Positions 45,998 through 55,273 are shown, counted from the stretch's first letter. The stretch: DNA of 64,000 nucleotides from Comamonadaceae bacterium (GCA_008080595.1 VIKI01000004.1:30212-94211), one strand, 5' to 3'. Notes: generated by a model from the letters alone, not told the origin. Numbers and translations: made by a program.

Positions 45998-47434
45998 CAC
46001 TCAATGTCCGTGACCACCCTCCAGGCTCTGGTCGCCAAAGGTGAATCTGTGACGCTGGAGCTGAAAAAGTCCACCGCCGAAAAAGACCGCGCCTGTCGCA
46101 CCCTGTGTGCTTTTGCCAATGGGCAGGGCGGGCAATTGGTGTTTGGGGTTACGCCTGCGGGCAAGGTGATGGGCCAGCGCGTCACCGACCGCACGCTGGA
46201 AGAGCTGGCGCAGGAACTGCAAGGCTTTGAGCCGCCACTGTTTCCCCGCGTGCAGCGCATCCAAGTGGCCGATGGGCTGGAGGCCTTGCTGCTGGCGGTT
46301 GACCCCGCCACGCATGGGCCGGTGTCGTTTCGCGGTGTGCCCTATGAGCGGGTGCTCAACACCACCCGCGTGATGTCGCGCAGCACCTACCAAGCCCTGT
46401 TGCTTGAATCGTTACACGCCAGCCAGCGCTGGGAAACCCAGCCTGCCCCTGGCTGGAGCGTAGACCAGTTGGACACGCGCGAAATGGTGTTGACGCTGGA
46501 AGAGGCCATCCGCCGGGGCCGCAGCGTTGACCCCGGCACCCGTGACCCGCTGGAGATTTTGCGCGGGCTGGGGCTGCTGGTGGCGGGAGGGCAAGTGTCC
46601 CGCGCTGCGGTGGCCTTGTTTTGCCAGGGTGAGCAGCCCTTGCCCGATTTCACCCAACTCACCTTGCGCCTGGCCCGCTTCAAGGGGCGTGAACGCAACG
46701 AGTTTTTGGACAACCGCCAGTTTCACGGCAACGCCTTTGAGCTGATGCGCCGGGCCGAGCGGTTTTTGATCGACTGGTTGCCGGTGGCCGGGCGCGTTGT
46801 GCCAGGCCAGTTGCAGCGGGAAGACACCCCCAGTTTGCCGGTGGAGGCGCTGCGCGAAGCGCTGGCCAACGCCTTTGTGCACCGCGACTATGCCAGCGGC
46901 TCTGGAGCGGTGGCGGTGGCGCTGTTTGATGACCGGCTGGAAATCATTTCGTCAGGAGAGTTGCACTTTGGCCTGACCCCGGAGATGCTGTTCCAGCCCC
47001 ATGAATCCCGTCCCTGGAACCCGTTGATTGCCAGCGTGTTTTATCGGCGTGGTCACATCGAGAGCTGGGGTCGGGGCACATTGAAATTCATTCGCCTGAT
47101 GCAAGAGGCCGGGCTGACTCCACCCACACTGAAGGTGCAGGCGGGCTTTGTGACGGTGACGTTTGCCTTGCCCACCAGCCTTGTGCCCCGCATACAAGAC
47201 CGCACCTCTGGAAAAACGTCGGTGAAAACGTCGGTGAAAACGTCGGTGAAAACGTCGGTGAAAATTTTGGCCGAGGTACGCGAAAACGCGCAGATCACCA
47301 TTCCAGAGCTGGCCGCGCTGCTGGGCATCAGCACCCGCTCGGTGGAGCGCCAGTTGCGCCAGTTGCAGAACAACAAGCGCCTGGCGCGTATCGGTGCTGC
47401 CAAAGGCGGGCACTGGCAGGTGGTTGACCCATGA
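45995..47434 (+). CDS. Schlafen/AlbA_2 + HATPase_c_4 + HTH protein
   Basis: GESVTLELKKS, AFANGQGG..VFGV, REALANAFVHRDY, DDRLEIIS, IESWGRG, C-terminal HTH and GAAKGGHW. Confidence 0.88.
   Translation: MHSMSVTTLQALVAKGESVTLELKKSTAEKDRACRTLCAFANGQGGQLVFGVTPAGKVMGQRVTDRTLEELAQELQGFEPPLFPRVQRIQVADGLEALLLAVDPATHGPVSFRGVPYERVLNTTRVMSRSTYQALLLESLHASQRWETQPAPGWSVDQLDTREMVLTLEEAIRRGRSVDPGTRDPLEILRGLGLLVAGGQVSRAAVALFCQGEQPLPDFTQLTLRLARFKGRERNEFLDNRQFHGNAFELMRRAERFLIDWLPVAGRVVPGQLQREDTPSLPVEALREALANAFVHRDYASGSGAVAVALFDDRLEIISSGELHFGLTPEMLFQPHESRPWNPLIASVFYRRGHIESWGRGTLKFIRLMQEAGLTPPTLKVQAGFVTVTFALPTSLVPRIQDRTSGKTSVKTSVKTSVKTSVKILAEVRENAQITIPELAALLGISTRSVERQLRQLQNNKRLARIGAAKGGHWQVVDP
47213..47260 (+). 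repeat. In-frame 12-bp tandem repeat x4 (KTSV)
   Basis: AAAACGTCGGTG four perfect times in the linker before the HTH. Confidence 0.95.
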
Positions 47435-47446
47435 ACCCGCGCTGCC

Positions 47447-49078
47447 TCAAGCCGCCCAGTGCCCCAGCGTGAACGCTTCTTCAAACACCGAGTAGCCCGC
47501 CCAGTCGCTGTGGGCAAAGTTCAGGCTCTCATGGGTGATTTGGAAATACTCTGATTTTTGTAGCTGCTTGCGCTTATTCTGAAAGCTCTGAAGGCCAATT
47601 CCACCATCCATATTGGGCACCGGCACAGCCATCGCGTGGCCGTAGCGGGTGAGGTCGATGCGGCGGGTTTTGGCGGGCAGATCGGGGTGAGCTGCGCAGA
47701 GCTCGGCCAGAATCGCGTCGCGCCAAGTTGCCCACGGCTGCTCCAGCAGCAGGCGGCGGCCCGCGTGGCCCAGCGCCTCACCTGCACCGCCCAGATCACC
47801 CAGCGCCCGGTAATAGGTCAGAACCGTGGCCCCTGACACGCTTTGCAGGCTCTGGTGCATGGCATCGACATAGCCCAGGCCCGCGGCCCCATACAGCACG
47901 TTGTCCCAGCTCGGCGGTGCGCCGGGGCGGTCGTGCAAGGGCTGCTGGAGCTGAATATTGGCCACCAGCCACGGCGCGTAGACCGTGCGGGCCGCGGCCT
48001 GGCGCAGCCAGTCGGGCGGATTTTGCAGCACCCGGGCGGCCATAAAAATCGGCAGCGCCACAATGGCCCGGCGGGCTTGCCAGCGCTCCACGGCTTGGGT
48101 GGTGGTGTTGAACACATCCACCTCCACACCGTGTTTCAGGTTGGTCACGCGCAGCACCACCTGGCCGGTGTGCAGGCGTTGTTGCAAGGGGGCGGCCAGG
48201 CGGCGGGTGAGCCAGGCGTTGCCCTCGGGCCAGGTCAGCAGGCCTTCGCGCTCGGCGCTTTCCACACCCGGCGCAGCAAAGCCGTGGCGGCTGGCAAAGT
48301 AGTGGATACCGGCCCAGGCCGACACCTGGGCCAGCCCGGCCCCGTAGTCGTCACGGCAGCAGTAGTTCAGATACCAGCGCAGCTGCGGGTCGGTGAGCTG
48401 GTGCTGGTTCAGCCACGCTTCAAAAGTGAGAGCTGCCAGCGCTTGTTTAACGGGAGTTACAGGCGACTTTGATGCAGGCATGCTCCAGCGCTCGGTACGC
48501 CGCAGCTGCTCGATCCGCTGGGCGAATTGCCGGTATTGCGCCAGGGTGTCGGCCGCCACACCGTGCTGCGGCAGCAAGCCGTCTTGCCATTCGCCGTCGA
48601 AATACAAGCGCTCTTGCGGGCTGTGGCACAGGTGGCGCTCGTCATAAACCCAGCGCCCGGCCACGCGGCGGCGCAGGCCCAGCTCTTCCAGCAAGTCTTG
48701 CACTTCCCAGGCATCGTCACCCGGCAAGGGCAGGTAATGCGCGCCCTGCGGGCAGGCCATACCGCCCAGCTGCCCGGCACGGCTGTTGCCACCGGCGCTG
48801 TCTTCCAGCTCCAGCAGGGCAAAGTCTTCGATGCCTTTGAGTCGCAAGCCGCGGGCGGCGGCCAGGCCAGCCACACCGCCACCAGCAATCAGCACATCGG
48901 TCTGGCGCGTGCGGCTGGGGGTGGGCCAGGCCTGCGCTTTTTGCAGCAGGTGACCGCGCGCATGCCCGATGCCGGTGAAGCCACCGCTGATGTGGGCCCC
49001 ATCGGCCTGCGGCTGGCAGGCCGCCAGGGGCAGCAGGGCGGTGCTTAAAAACTGGCGTCGGTACATGGTGGGAGGCAT
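47447..49078 (-). CDS. FAD-dependent oxidoreductase (amine oxidase-like), Tat/lipoprotein-type signal
   Basis: RRQFL...LAAC, GGGVAG, GAHYLP, YCCRDDYG, FAHSD. Confidence 0.88.
   Translation of the reverse strand: MPPTMYRRQFLSTALLPLAACQPQADGAHISGGFTGIGHARGHLLQKAQAWPTPSRTRQTDVLIAGGGVAGLAAARGLRLKGIEDFALLELEDSAGGNSRAGQLGGMACPQGAHYLPLPGDDAWEVQDLLEELGLRRRVAGRWVYDERHLCHSPQERLYFDGEWQDGLLPQHGVAADTLAQYRQFAQRIEQLRRTERWSMPASKSPVTPVKQALAALTFEAWLNQHQLTDPQLRWYLNYCCRDDYGAGLAQVSAWAGIHYFASRHGFAAPGVESAEREGLLTWPEGNAWLTRRLAAPLQQRLHTGQVVLRVTNLKHGVEVDVFNTTTQAVERWQARRAIVALPIFMAARVLQNPPDWLRQAAARTVYAPWLVANIQLQQPLHDRPGAPPSWDNVLYGAAGLGYVDAMHQSLQSVSGATVLTYYRALGDLGGAGEALGHAGRRLLLEQPWATWRDAILAELCAAHPDLPAKTRRIDLTRYGHAMAVPVPNMDGGIGLQSFQNKRKQLQKSEYFQITHESLNFAHSDWAGYSVFEEAFTLGHWAA
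47548..47603 (+). repeat. Element R11, in frame near the FAD oxidoreductase C-terminus
   Basis: ACTCT-GATTTTT-GTAGC-TGCTT-GCGCTT-ATTCTGA-AAGCTC-TGAAGGCC-AATTCC, encoding IGLQSFQNKRKQLQKSE. Confidence 0.88.
48417..48472 (+). repeat. Element R12, second copy in the FAD oxidoreductase
   Basis: GCTTC-AAAAGTG-AGAGC-TGCCA-GCGCTT-GTTTAAC-GGGAGT-TACAGGCG-ACTTTGA. Confidence 0.7.
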
Positions 49079-49172
49079 CAGGTTGGGCTTGGCTGCTGCG
49101 CATCAAAAGCGCAGGATTTGCACCCTTATTTTCGGTGCTGCCATCCGCCTTCACGTGTTACACCATGCCACC

Positions 49173-50894
49173 ATGACGAAACCCCTTTGCATTGCGCTTG
49201 CCACCCCCAGGGTGTTGCGCTGGTTTGGGCTGCTGATGGGGATGCTGCTGTGGCTGGCCAGCACCCAGGTGCAGGCCACAAGCCTGAGTCTGGCGAACCT
49301 GCCGGACGGTGCGCTGGGGCAGTTCACCGAGTTTGATCAGGACGGCTCGGCCACGCTGGCGCAAGCGCAGCAGCGCTACCAGCAGGGGCATTTTCAGCCA
49401 GGCCAAGCGGCGGCGCTCAACTTTGGCCTGGGGGCACGCCCGGTGTGGGTTCGGCTGGCGCTCATGAACCCAACACCGCAGCCCCAGACTTATCGCCTGA
49501 GCCTGGGACCCAGCTGGACTGACCACTTGGCGGTGTCCCTGGTACAACATGGCCGCGTGCTGCAAACCTGGCAGGGCGGCGACGAACAGCCGGGTGCACT
49601 GGGGGTGCTTCCGGGTTTGAATGTGGGCTGGACAACGGCGCTGCCGCCCGGTGAGTTCGAGTTGTGGGTGCATGCGCAAAGCGATGACCCTTTGCAAATC
49701 GCCCTGCAATTGCACAGCCCAAGCCAGCTCGATCAGGCCCGGGTCACGGTGCATTACGCCTATGGTGCGATGTACGGCTTTTTGCTGGCGCTGGCGGTTT
49801 ACAACCTGGCGCTGGCGCTTGGGCTGCGCCAATGGCGGTTTTGGTTTTATTCGCTGTATCTGCTGTGTTTCATTGGGGCCAACATCAGCTACACCGGCCA
49901 CGGCTGGGTCTGGCTGTGGCCGGATCTGCCCGGTGTCCAGCGCTATGTGATTCTGGTGTTCATGGTGCTCTACGGTGTCACCGGGCTGCTGTTTGCCAGC
50001 CATTTTCTGAAACTGCCCCAACGCTTGCCCAGGGTGCAGCGGGGCCTGCATGCTTACGCATTACTCGCCTTGCTGGGCATGACCAGTTGTGTGGTGGCGG
50101 ACAGTCATCTGGCCGCCACCTGGCTGGCGTTTGCATTTGTCAGCTCGTTTTCGGTGCTGATGCTGGCGCTGGGGGCCTTTTCCCTGCGTGCCGGGCTGGT
50201 GGCCGGGCGCTACTTTTTTGCCGCCATGGTGGCGGGCTTGCTGGGCTCGATGCTGACCACATTGACGGTGGCCGGCTGGATTTCCTTCACCGCCATCCAC
50301 TTCCATGCGGTAGAAGTCGGCGTGCTGCTGGAAGCCACGCTGCTGGCCTTGGCGCTGGCGCAGCAATTCCGGCAAGATCAGATCAAGCGGCTTCAAGCAG
50401 AGTTCATGGCGCAGCACGATGCCCTGACCGGCTTGTACAACCGCCGGGCCTTTGTGGAGCTGAGCAAATCCAGCTGGGCTTTGGCACAGCGCAGTGGCCG
50501 ACCTTTGAGTGTGATGCTGCTCGACATTGACCACTTCAAACAGATCAACGACCAATATGGCCATGGGGTTGGCGACCAGGTGCTGGTGGGCCTCAGCCGC
50601 ACACTCGCCAGCAGTTGCCGCGCCGGCGATGTGCTGGCACGTTGGGGCGGCGAAGAATTCATTGTCCTGCTGCCAGAAACTGACCTGGAGGCCGCCCGCC
50701 TGCTGGCAGAGCGCATCCGGCAAGTTGTGGCTGACGAATCGGCCCGGTTTCAACACCCCCCAATGGCCTGCACCGTGAGTCTGGGTGTGGCGCAATATGT
50801 GGCCGAGACCCACCTGGAGGCCCTGATCGAGCGTGCCGATGCCCACTTGTACCAAGCCAAACGCAACGGGCGCAACCAGGTGGTCGCAGGGTAA
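49173..50894 (+). CDS. 7TM-DISM sensor diguanylate cyclase
   Basis: DISMED2-like periplasmic region, 7 TM helices, RWGGEEF; start moved to MTKPL to avoid overlap. Confidence 0.88.
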   Translation: MTKPLCIALATPRVLRWFGLLMGMLLWLASTQVQATSLSLANLPDGALGQFTEFDQDGSATLAQAQQRYQQGHFQPGQAAALNFGLGARPVWVRLALMNPTPQPQTYRLSLGPSWTDHLAVSLVQHGRVLQTWQGGDEQPGALGVLPGLNVGWTTALPPGEFELWVHAQSDDPLQIALQLHSPSQLDQARVTVHYAYGAMYGFLLALAVYNLALALGLRQWRFWFYSLYLLCFIGANISYTGHGWVWLWPDLPGVQRYVILVFMVLYGVTGLLFASHFLKLPQRLPRVQRGLHAYALLALLGMTSCVVADSHLAATWLAFAFVSSFSVLMLALGAFSLRAGLVAGRYFFAAMVAGLLGSMLTTLTVAGWISFTAIHFHAVEVGVLLEATLLALALAQQFRQDQIKRLQAEFMAQHDALTGLYNRRAFVELSKSSWALAQRSGRPLSVMLLDIDHFKQINDQYGHGVGDQVLVGLSRTLASSCRAGDVLARWGGEEFIVLLPETDLEAARLLAERIRQVVADESARFQHPPMACTVSLGVAQYVAETHLEALIERADAHLYQAKRNGRNQVVAG

Positions 50895-50920
50895 ACCCTG
50901 AGTTTCCAATCGCTTTGGAA

Positions 50921-50975
50921 CAAATCAGGCGGTAGCGCTTATCGCATAAGCGCAGGCAGCTCTGATATTTGCAGC
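50921..50975 (-). repeat. Element R13
   Basis: Reverse strand GCTGC-AAATATC-AGAGC-TGCCT-GCGCTT-ATGCGAT-AAGCGC-TACCGCCT-GATTTG. Confidence 0.85.
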
Positions 50976-51065
50976 ATAGAAGAGCGTAAATCCGTGCCAC
51001 TCTTTACAATCTTGTCCGCAGCGTTGGCGCACCCTTACTCCCCATTTTTTTCCCCGGACACGAGC

Positions 51066-52193
51066 ATGCAGCATCCACAAGGTATCGTCATTCACGGCTG
51101 GGCGGATGCCGATGCCGCGCACAGCCGCCAGCAGGTGCTGCAAGCCCTGCAAGCCACCGATCTGGCCGAGCATGTACACAGCCAGCTGGGTACCGATGCC
51201 CAGGGCGGCGTGTTTCAGCTCTGGCTCAGCCCGGCGCAAATCGCGCTCTGGGCTCCCGGCCTGGACACCTTGATGCTGGGGCAGAAGCTCCAACTGGACA
51301 TCGTCAACAGTGAAGCCGATCTGCTGCGCGAAATCGTCCTGACCCTGCTGATGGGGCCGGTGGCGTTTGAGTTTCCCAGCCTGGACGAGCTGCTGTCGGC
51401 GCTGCGCATTCGGCGCAACATGGTGCAGGCCGCCCGCAAGACCAACCTGGCCTTTCACACCAGCCAGGCCGAGCGGCCCGAAGACTGCTGGCGCTACGAC
51501 GAAGAGCGTGGCTTTGTCATCCGCGCCGGGGCCTCGCTGATTGACGCGCTGATCAAGGCTACCCAGCCCGAGGTGTCAGGCACGCTGTATGCGTTCTCTT
51601 GTTACCGGGCTTCTGAATACGTGATTGTGCTGGCCATTGCCCAGGAGCTGGCCCAGTGCAATCCGCCGCTGTACCAGCAGTTGCAAACGCTGTGGCAGCA
51701 GCGCCCGATTCGCTCCGGCGAGTTTCACGAGGTGTTTTTGCGTGAGCAGGGCAGCATGCAGGCCCCGTTGCCACCACGCTACTACGTGCCGGGGGACCGC
51801 ACCTGGTTTCGCAACCCGGACGGTGTGTCGGCCGAGGCCTCGGGCTTTGAGGGTTCCTGGGTGATGTACATGGGCGGCGGGCTGTTCACCAACTTCTGGA
51901 AGCGTGACCAGCCCTACACGCTGGAGCAAAAATGCCTGGAGATTTACCACTGGCGCAACGGCCTGTACTTCGACGAGGAAGGCGAAGAACGTATTGACGA
52001 AGACAAGGTAGACCAGCTGGTGGCGCAAACCCGGCAAGACCCGGCCGAGGTGGCACGCATCCAGGCGCTGATGCAGCGTTACCGCGAAGCACGCGGCATC
52101 TACACCGAAGCCGGTGGCTGTATTGACACCACCCGCGAGTTCGCCCGCTGGGTGCGCCCCGGCACGGCTGACCTGGTGCTGCCCGCGCCATGA
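51066..52193 (+). CDS. Tgl-like (protein-glutamine gamma-glutamyltransferase-like) protein
   Basis: LRIRRNMVQAA, WRYDEERGFVIRAGASLIDAL, YAFSC, PGDRTWFRNPD resemble Bacillus Tgl blocks, by recall. Confidence 0.65.
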   Translation: MQHPQGIVIHGWADADAAHSRQQVLQALQATDLAEHVHSQLGTDAQGGVFQLWLSPAQIALWAPGLDTLMLGQKLQLDIVNSEADLLREIVLTLLMGPVAFEFPSLDELLSALRIRRNMVQAARKTNLAFHTSQAERPEDCWRYDEERGFVIRAGASLIDALIKATQPEVSGTLYAFSCYRASEYVIVLAIAQELAQCNPPLYQQLQTLWQQRPIRSGEFHEVFLREQGSMQAPLPPRYYVPGDRTWFRNPDGVSAEASGFEGSWVMYMGGGLFTNFWKRDQPYTLEQKCLEIYHWRNGLYFDEEGEERIDEDKVDQLVAQTRQDPAEVARIQALMQRYREARGIYTEAGGCIDTTREFARWVRPGTADLVLPAP

Positions 52194-53239
52194 GGGAGGC
52201 CACTGCACCGCGCCAACTGCGCCTGGATCTGCTCAAACTGCTGTGTGCCCAGTGCATCATGCTGCACCATTTCTCGGTGTATGGGCCGTTTGCGCAAGCG
52301 CTGGAGCGCAGCGCACCGGCGCTCTCGGCCTGGCTGTTTGACTATGGCCGCATGGCGGTGCAGGTGTTTCTGGTGCTGGGCGGCTATCTGGCCGCGGCCA
52401 GCCTGCAACGCCTAGCCAGTGCCAGACCGATGCGCCTGGGCTCGGTGCTGTGGCGGCGTTATCTGCGCCTGATCGGGCCGCTGCTGGCGGCGCTGCTGCT
52501 GGTGAGTGCCGCCGCAGCGCTGGTGCGCCCCTGGCTGCAGGATGACTTTGTGCCCGCCGCCCCCAGCTGGGCGCAGGTGCTCAGCCATCTGGTGCTGATG
52601 CAGGATGTGCTGGGCATTGAGGCGCTGTCGGTGGGCGTGTGGTACGTGGCGATTGACTTCCAGCTCTATGCCTTGCTGGCGCTGCTGATCTGGCTGGGCA
52701 CGCGCGTACCCGCCGTGCCCCGGCTGACCCAGGGCTTGGTGGTAGTGTTGATGGGCGCATCCTTGTTTTACGCCAATCTTCAGCCGGATTGGGACGTAGC
52801 TGCGTTGTATTTTTTTGGCGCTTATGGCCTGGGGGTGATGGCGTATCAGGCGCAGCAAATGCCGCACCCCAAGCGCCTGCTGCTGGGGCTGACGCTGGTT
52901 GTGCTGCTGGCCTTGGTGTGGGCGTTTCGCGAGCGGCTGGTGCTGGCCTTGTTCACCCTGTGGCTGCTGGGCACTTTGCCTGCCCGCAGCCGGACCTGGC
53001 CAACTGGCGTTCAGCGCTGGGTGGGCCGGCTGGGTGGGTCATCCTATGGCTTGTTTCTGACCCACTTCGCGGTGCTGCTGTTGGTCAACGCACTGGTGGC
53101 GCAGTGGGGTGAGCTGGGGGCCGGCGCGACCTGGCTGGTGCTGCTGGCCAGTGTGCTGCTGTGCACTGGCTTGGGGCTGGCGTTTACCCGGTTTGTGGAG
53201 CAGCCCTTGGCGGCGCGTTTGGGGCTGGCGCGGGGGTAA
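52190..53239 (+). CDS. Acyltransferase-3 family membrane protein
   Basis: LDLLK...LHH, AVQVFLVLGGYL, RRYLRL, WYVAIDFQLY, SYGLFLTH, VEQP. Confidence 0.88.
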   Translation: MREATAPRQLRLDLLKLLCAQCIMLHHFSVYGPFAQALERSAPALSAWLFDYGRMAVQVFLVLGGYLAAASLQRLASARPMRLGSVLWRRYLRLIGPLLAALLLVSAAAALVRPWLQDDFVPAAPSWAQVLSHLVLMQDVLGIEALSVGVWYVAIDFQLYALLALLIWLGTRVPAVPRLTQGLVVVLMGASLFYANLQPDWDVAALYFFGAYGLGVMAYQAQQMPHPKRLLLGLTLVVLLALVWAFRERLVLALFTLWLLGTLPARSRTWPTGVQRWVGRLGGSSYGLFLTHFAVLLLVNALVAQWGELGAGATWLVLLASVLLCTGLGLAFTRFVEQPLAARLGLARG

Positions 53240-53288
53240 CGCCATCGCGGCTGCCGCCGCTCCTACAAACTTCAGGTCACACATCCGG

Positions 53289-54038
53289 TCAAATTAACAG
53301 GGTCGCCAGCACCGCCAGCGCGGCCGTTTCAGCCCGCAACACCCGTGGGCCGAGGGTGGTGGGCAGGAAGCCTGCGGCCAGGGCCGCGTCTTCTTCTGCC
53401 GCACTCAAACCGCCCTCCGGCCCGGATAAAAAACAAATGGATGAGCCGCTGCTTAACGCAGGGATCATCCGTTCCCGCAACCCTTGGGTTGGTGCCCGCA
53501 AAGACAGCAGCAGATCCAGTGCTGGGCCGGTTTGGGCAGGGCGAGCCTTCAGCCACTGGGCCAGGCTCATCACCTCGTGCACCACGGGCACCTGGTTGCC
53601 GCCGCATTGTTCGCAGGCGGCTACCGCCACACTTTGCCAGTGGCTTTGTTTTTTGCTGGCCCGCTCCCCGCTCAGGCGCAGCACGCTACGCTCGGTCATC
53701 AGGGGCTGAATGCTGGCCACACCCAGCTCGGCGGCTTTTTCCACCAGCCAGTCCATGCGTTCGTTGGCAGGCATGCCGACAGCCAGGTGCACGCTGTAGC
53801 GGGCTTCGCGCTGGGTCGCCGTCCACTCGCCCACCTGCACTTGCACGCTGCTGCGGCCCATGTGGGTCACCTGCGCCGCCCATTCGCCAAACTGCCCATG
53901 GGCATCGGCCTGGCCGTTGAACAAGGTGATGGCATCGCCCGGTTGCAGGCGCAACACCTGCACATGGCGGGCTGGGCCTTCGGGCAAGTCCAGCACAGCG
54001 CCGCTTGCGAGTGGGGCGGGGCAGTAAAAACGCGGCAT
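53289..54038 (-). CDS. rsmE: 16S rRNA m3U1498 methyltransferase
   Basis: HVQVLRL, ACEQCG, GPEGG, LGPRVLRAETA. Confidence 0.96.
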   Translation of the reverse strand: MPRFYCPAPLASGAVLDLPEGPARHVQVLRLQPGDAITLFNGQADAHGQFGEWAAQVTHMGRSSVQVQVGEWTATQREARYSVHLAVGMPANERMDWLVEKAAELGVASIQPLMTERSVLRLSGERASKKQSHWQSVAVAACEQCGGNQVPVVHEVMSLAQWLKARPAQTGPALDLLLSLRAPTQGLRERMIPALSSGSSICFLSGPEGGLSAAEEDAALAAGFLPTTLGPRVLRAETAALAVLATLLI

Positions 54039-54042
54039 GGCT

Positions 54043-55188
54043 TTATTCGGTAAAGTACCAGTAACCGGCGTTCACCCATTCGGTGAGTTTGCTGGCAAAT
54101 TCAGGGTTGTCCAGGGCACGCTCCAGCATGTCGAGGCTAAGTTCATCCTGGTCACACAGGCTGATGACTGACGGCATCAGCTCTGCGCCAAAGGCGTAAC
54201 GCTCGCCGTCGACGTAACACACGCCCAGTGCCACCGTGCTGTCCACATAGAAGCAGCGCAAACCGCCGGTGCGGATCAGCGGCTGGTCTTGCAGCATCTC
54301 CACCAGATCTGAGGTTTCCAGCGGCTCATCAAGCGCCTGCAAGTCCAGGGCACATTTGGTGGTGGAGAAGTAGCTGCCAGCAAAATCGGCCATCAGTTGA
54401 TCGTTGTCCAGCAGGCTTTGCAGGTTGGCGCGGATCAGGGTCAGGTCACTCACATCGATGCGGCCTTGCTGGTGCGCGATCGGGCGTTTCGGGTCGGCCA
54501 GCAGGGTCTTGCCCAGCTCTTTGTCGATCACGTAGTCGGCCAGGCCACTGAGCATGTCGCAGCCGGATTTGGCGCGAAAACCGACCGAGTAGCTCATGGA
54601 TTCTTCCAGCGTCACGCCATCGTGCGGGAAGCCGGGCGGAATGTACAGAATGTCGCCGGGCAGTAATTCCACGTCGATGATGGCCTCGAACGGCTCGGTG
54701 TGTAACAGTGCGGCGTGGGCGGCAAATTGCTTGTGGTTGCCCTTGTCGCCGACACGCCAGCGGCGGCGGCCCGAGCCCTGGCAAATGAACACGTCGTACA
54801 GGTCGATGTGCGGGCCAACACCACCACCGGGGGTGGCGTAGCTGATCATCACATCGTCCAAGCGCCATTTGGGAATGAAGGCAAAGGGTTTGACCAGTTC
54901 GGCCACCTCGGGTGAATAGTGGTTGACCGCCTGCACCACCAGCGACCAGTCGGTTTTGCCAAAGCGTTTGAACGATTCAAAGGGACCGGTTTCGGCCTGC
55001 CATTTGCCGTCTTGTCTGTACACCACGCGCGACTCCACCGCGTCTTCCATGGCCAGACCGGCCAGCTCGTTGGGGCTGATCAGGTCTTCAAAATCCTGAA
55101 AGCCCTGGCGAATCACCAGCGGCTTTTGCTGCCAGTAACAGGCCATGAAGTGTTCGAGGGAAAAGTCGGCGAGGTGAAGTGTGAGCAT
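54043..55188 (-). CDS. roxA: JmjC/cupin ribosomal protein uL16 hydroxylase (YcfD/RoxA family)
   Basis: WRLDDVMISYA..GGGVGPHIDLYDVF, PGDILYIPPGFPHDG. Confidence 0.85.
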   Translation of the reverse strand: MLTLHLADFSLEHFMACYWQQKPLVIRQGFQDFEDLISPNELAGLAMEDAVESRVVYRQDGKWQAETGPFESFKRFGKTDWSLVVQAVNHYSPEVAELVKPFAFIPKWRLDDVMISYATPGGGVGPHIDLYDVFICQGSGRRRWRVGDKGNHKQFAAHAALLHTEPFEAIIDVELLPGDILYIPPGFPHDGVTLEESMSYSVGFRAKSGCDMLSGLADYVIDKELGKTLLADPKRPIAHQQGRIDVSDLTLIRANLQSLLDNDQLMADFAGSYFSTTKCALDLQALDEPLETSDLVEMLQDQPLIRTGGLRCFYVDSTVALGVCYVDGERYAFGAELMPSVISLCDQDELSLDMLERALDNPEFASKLTEWVNAGYWYFTE

Positions 55189-55273
55189 GGAGCACCAACA
55201 GAAAAAATGAGGCATCGAGTATCGCACCCGCCCCCTGATCAAAGCTGAATTCCATGAAGCACAATCATGGCCT

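Noticed and set aside
35769-48472. CRISPR array or classical integron attC interpretation of the repeats
   Set aside because: Copies are 0.2-6.6 kb apart and degenerate. No cas or intI gene, and no RYYYAAC/GTTRRRY ends.
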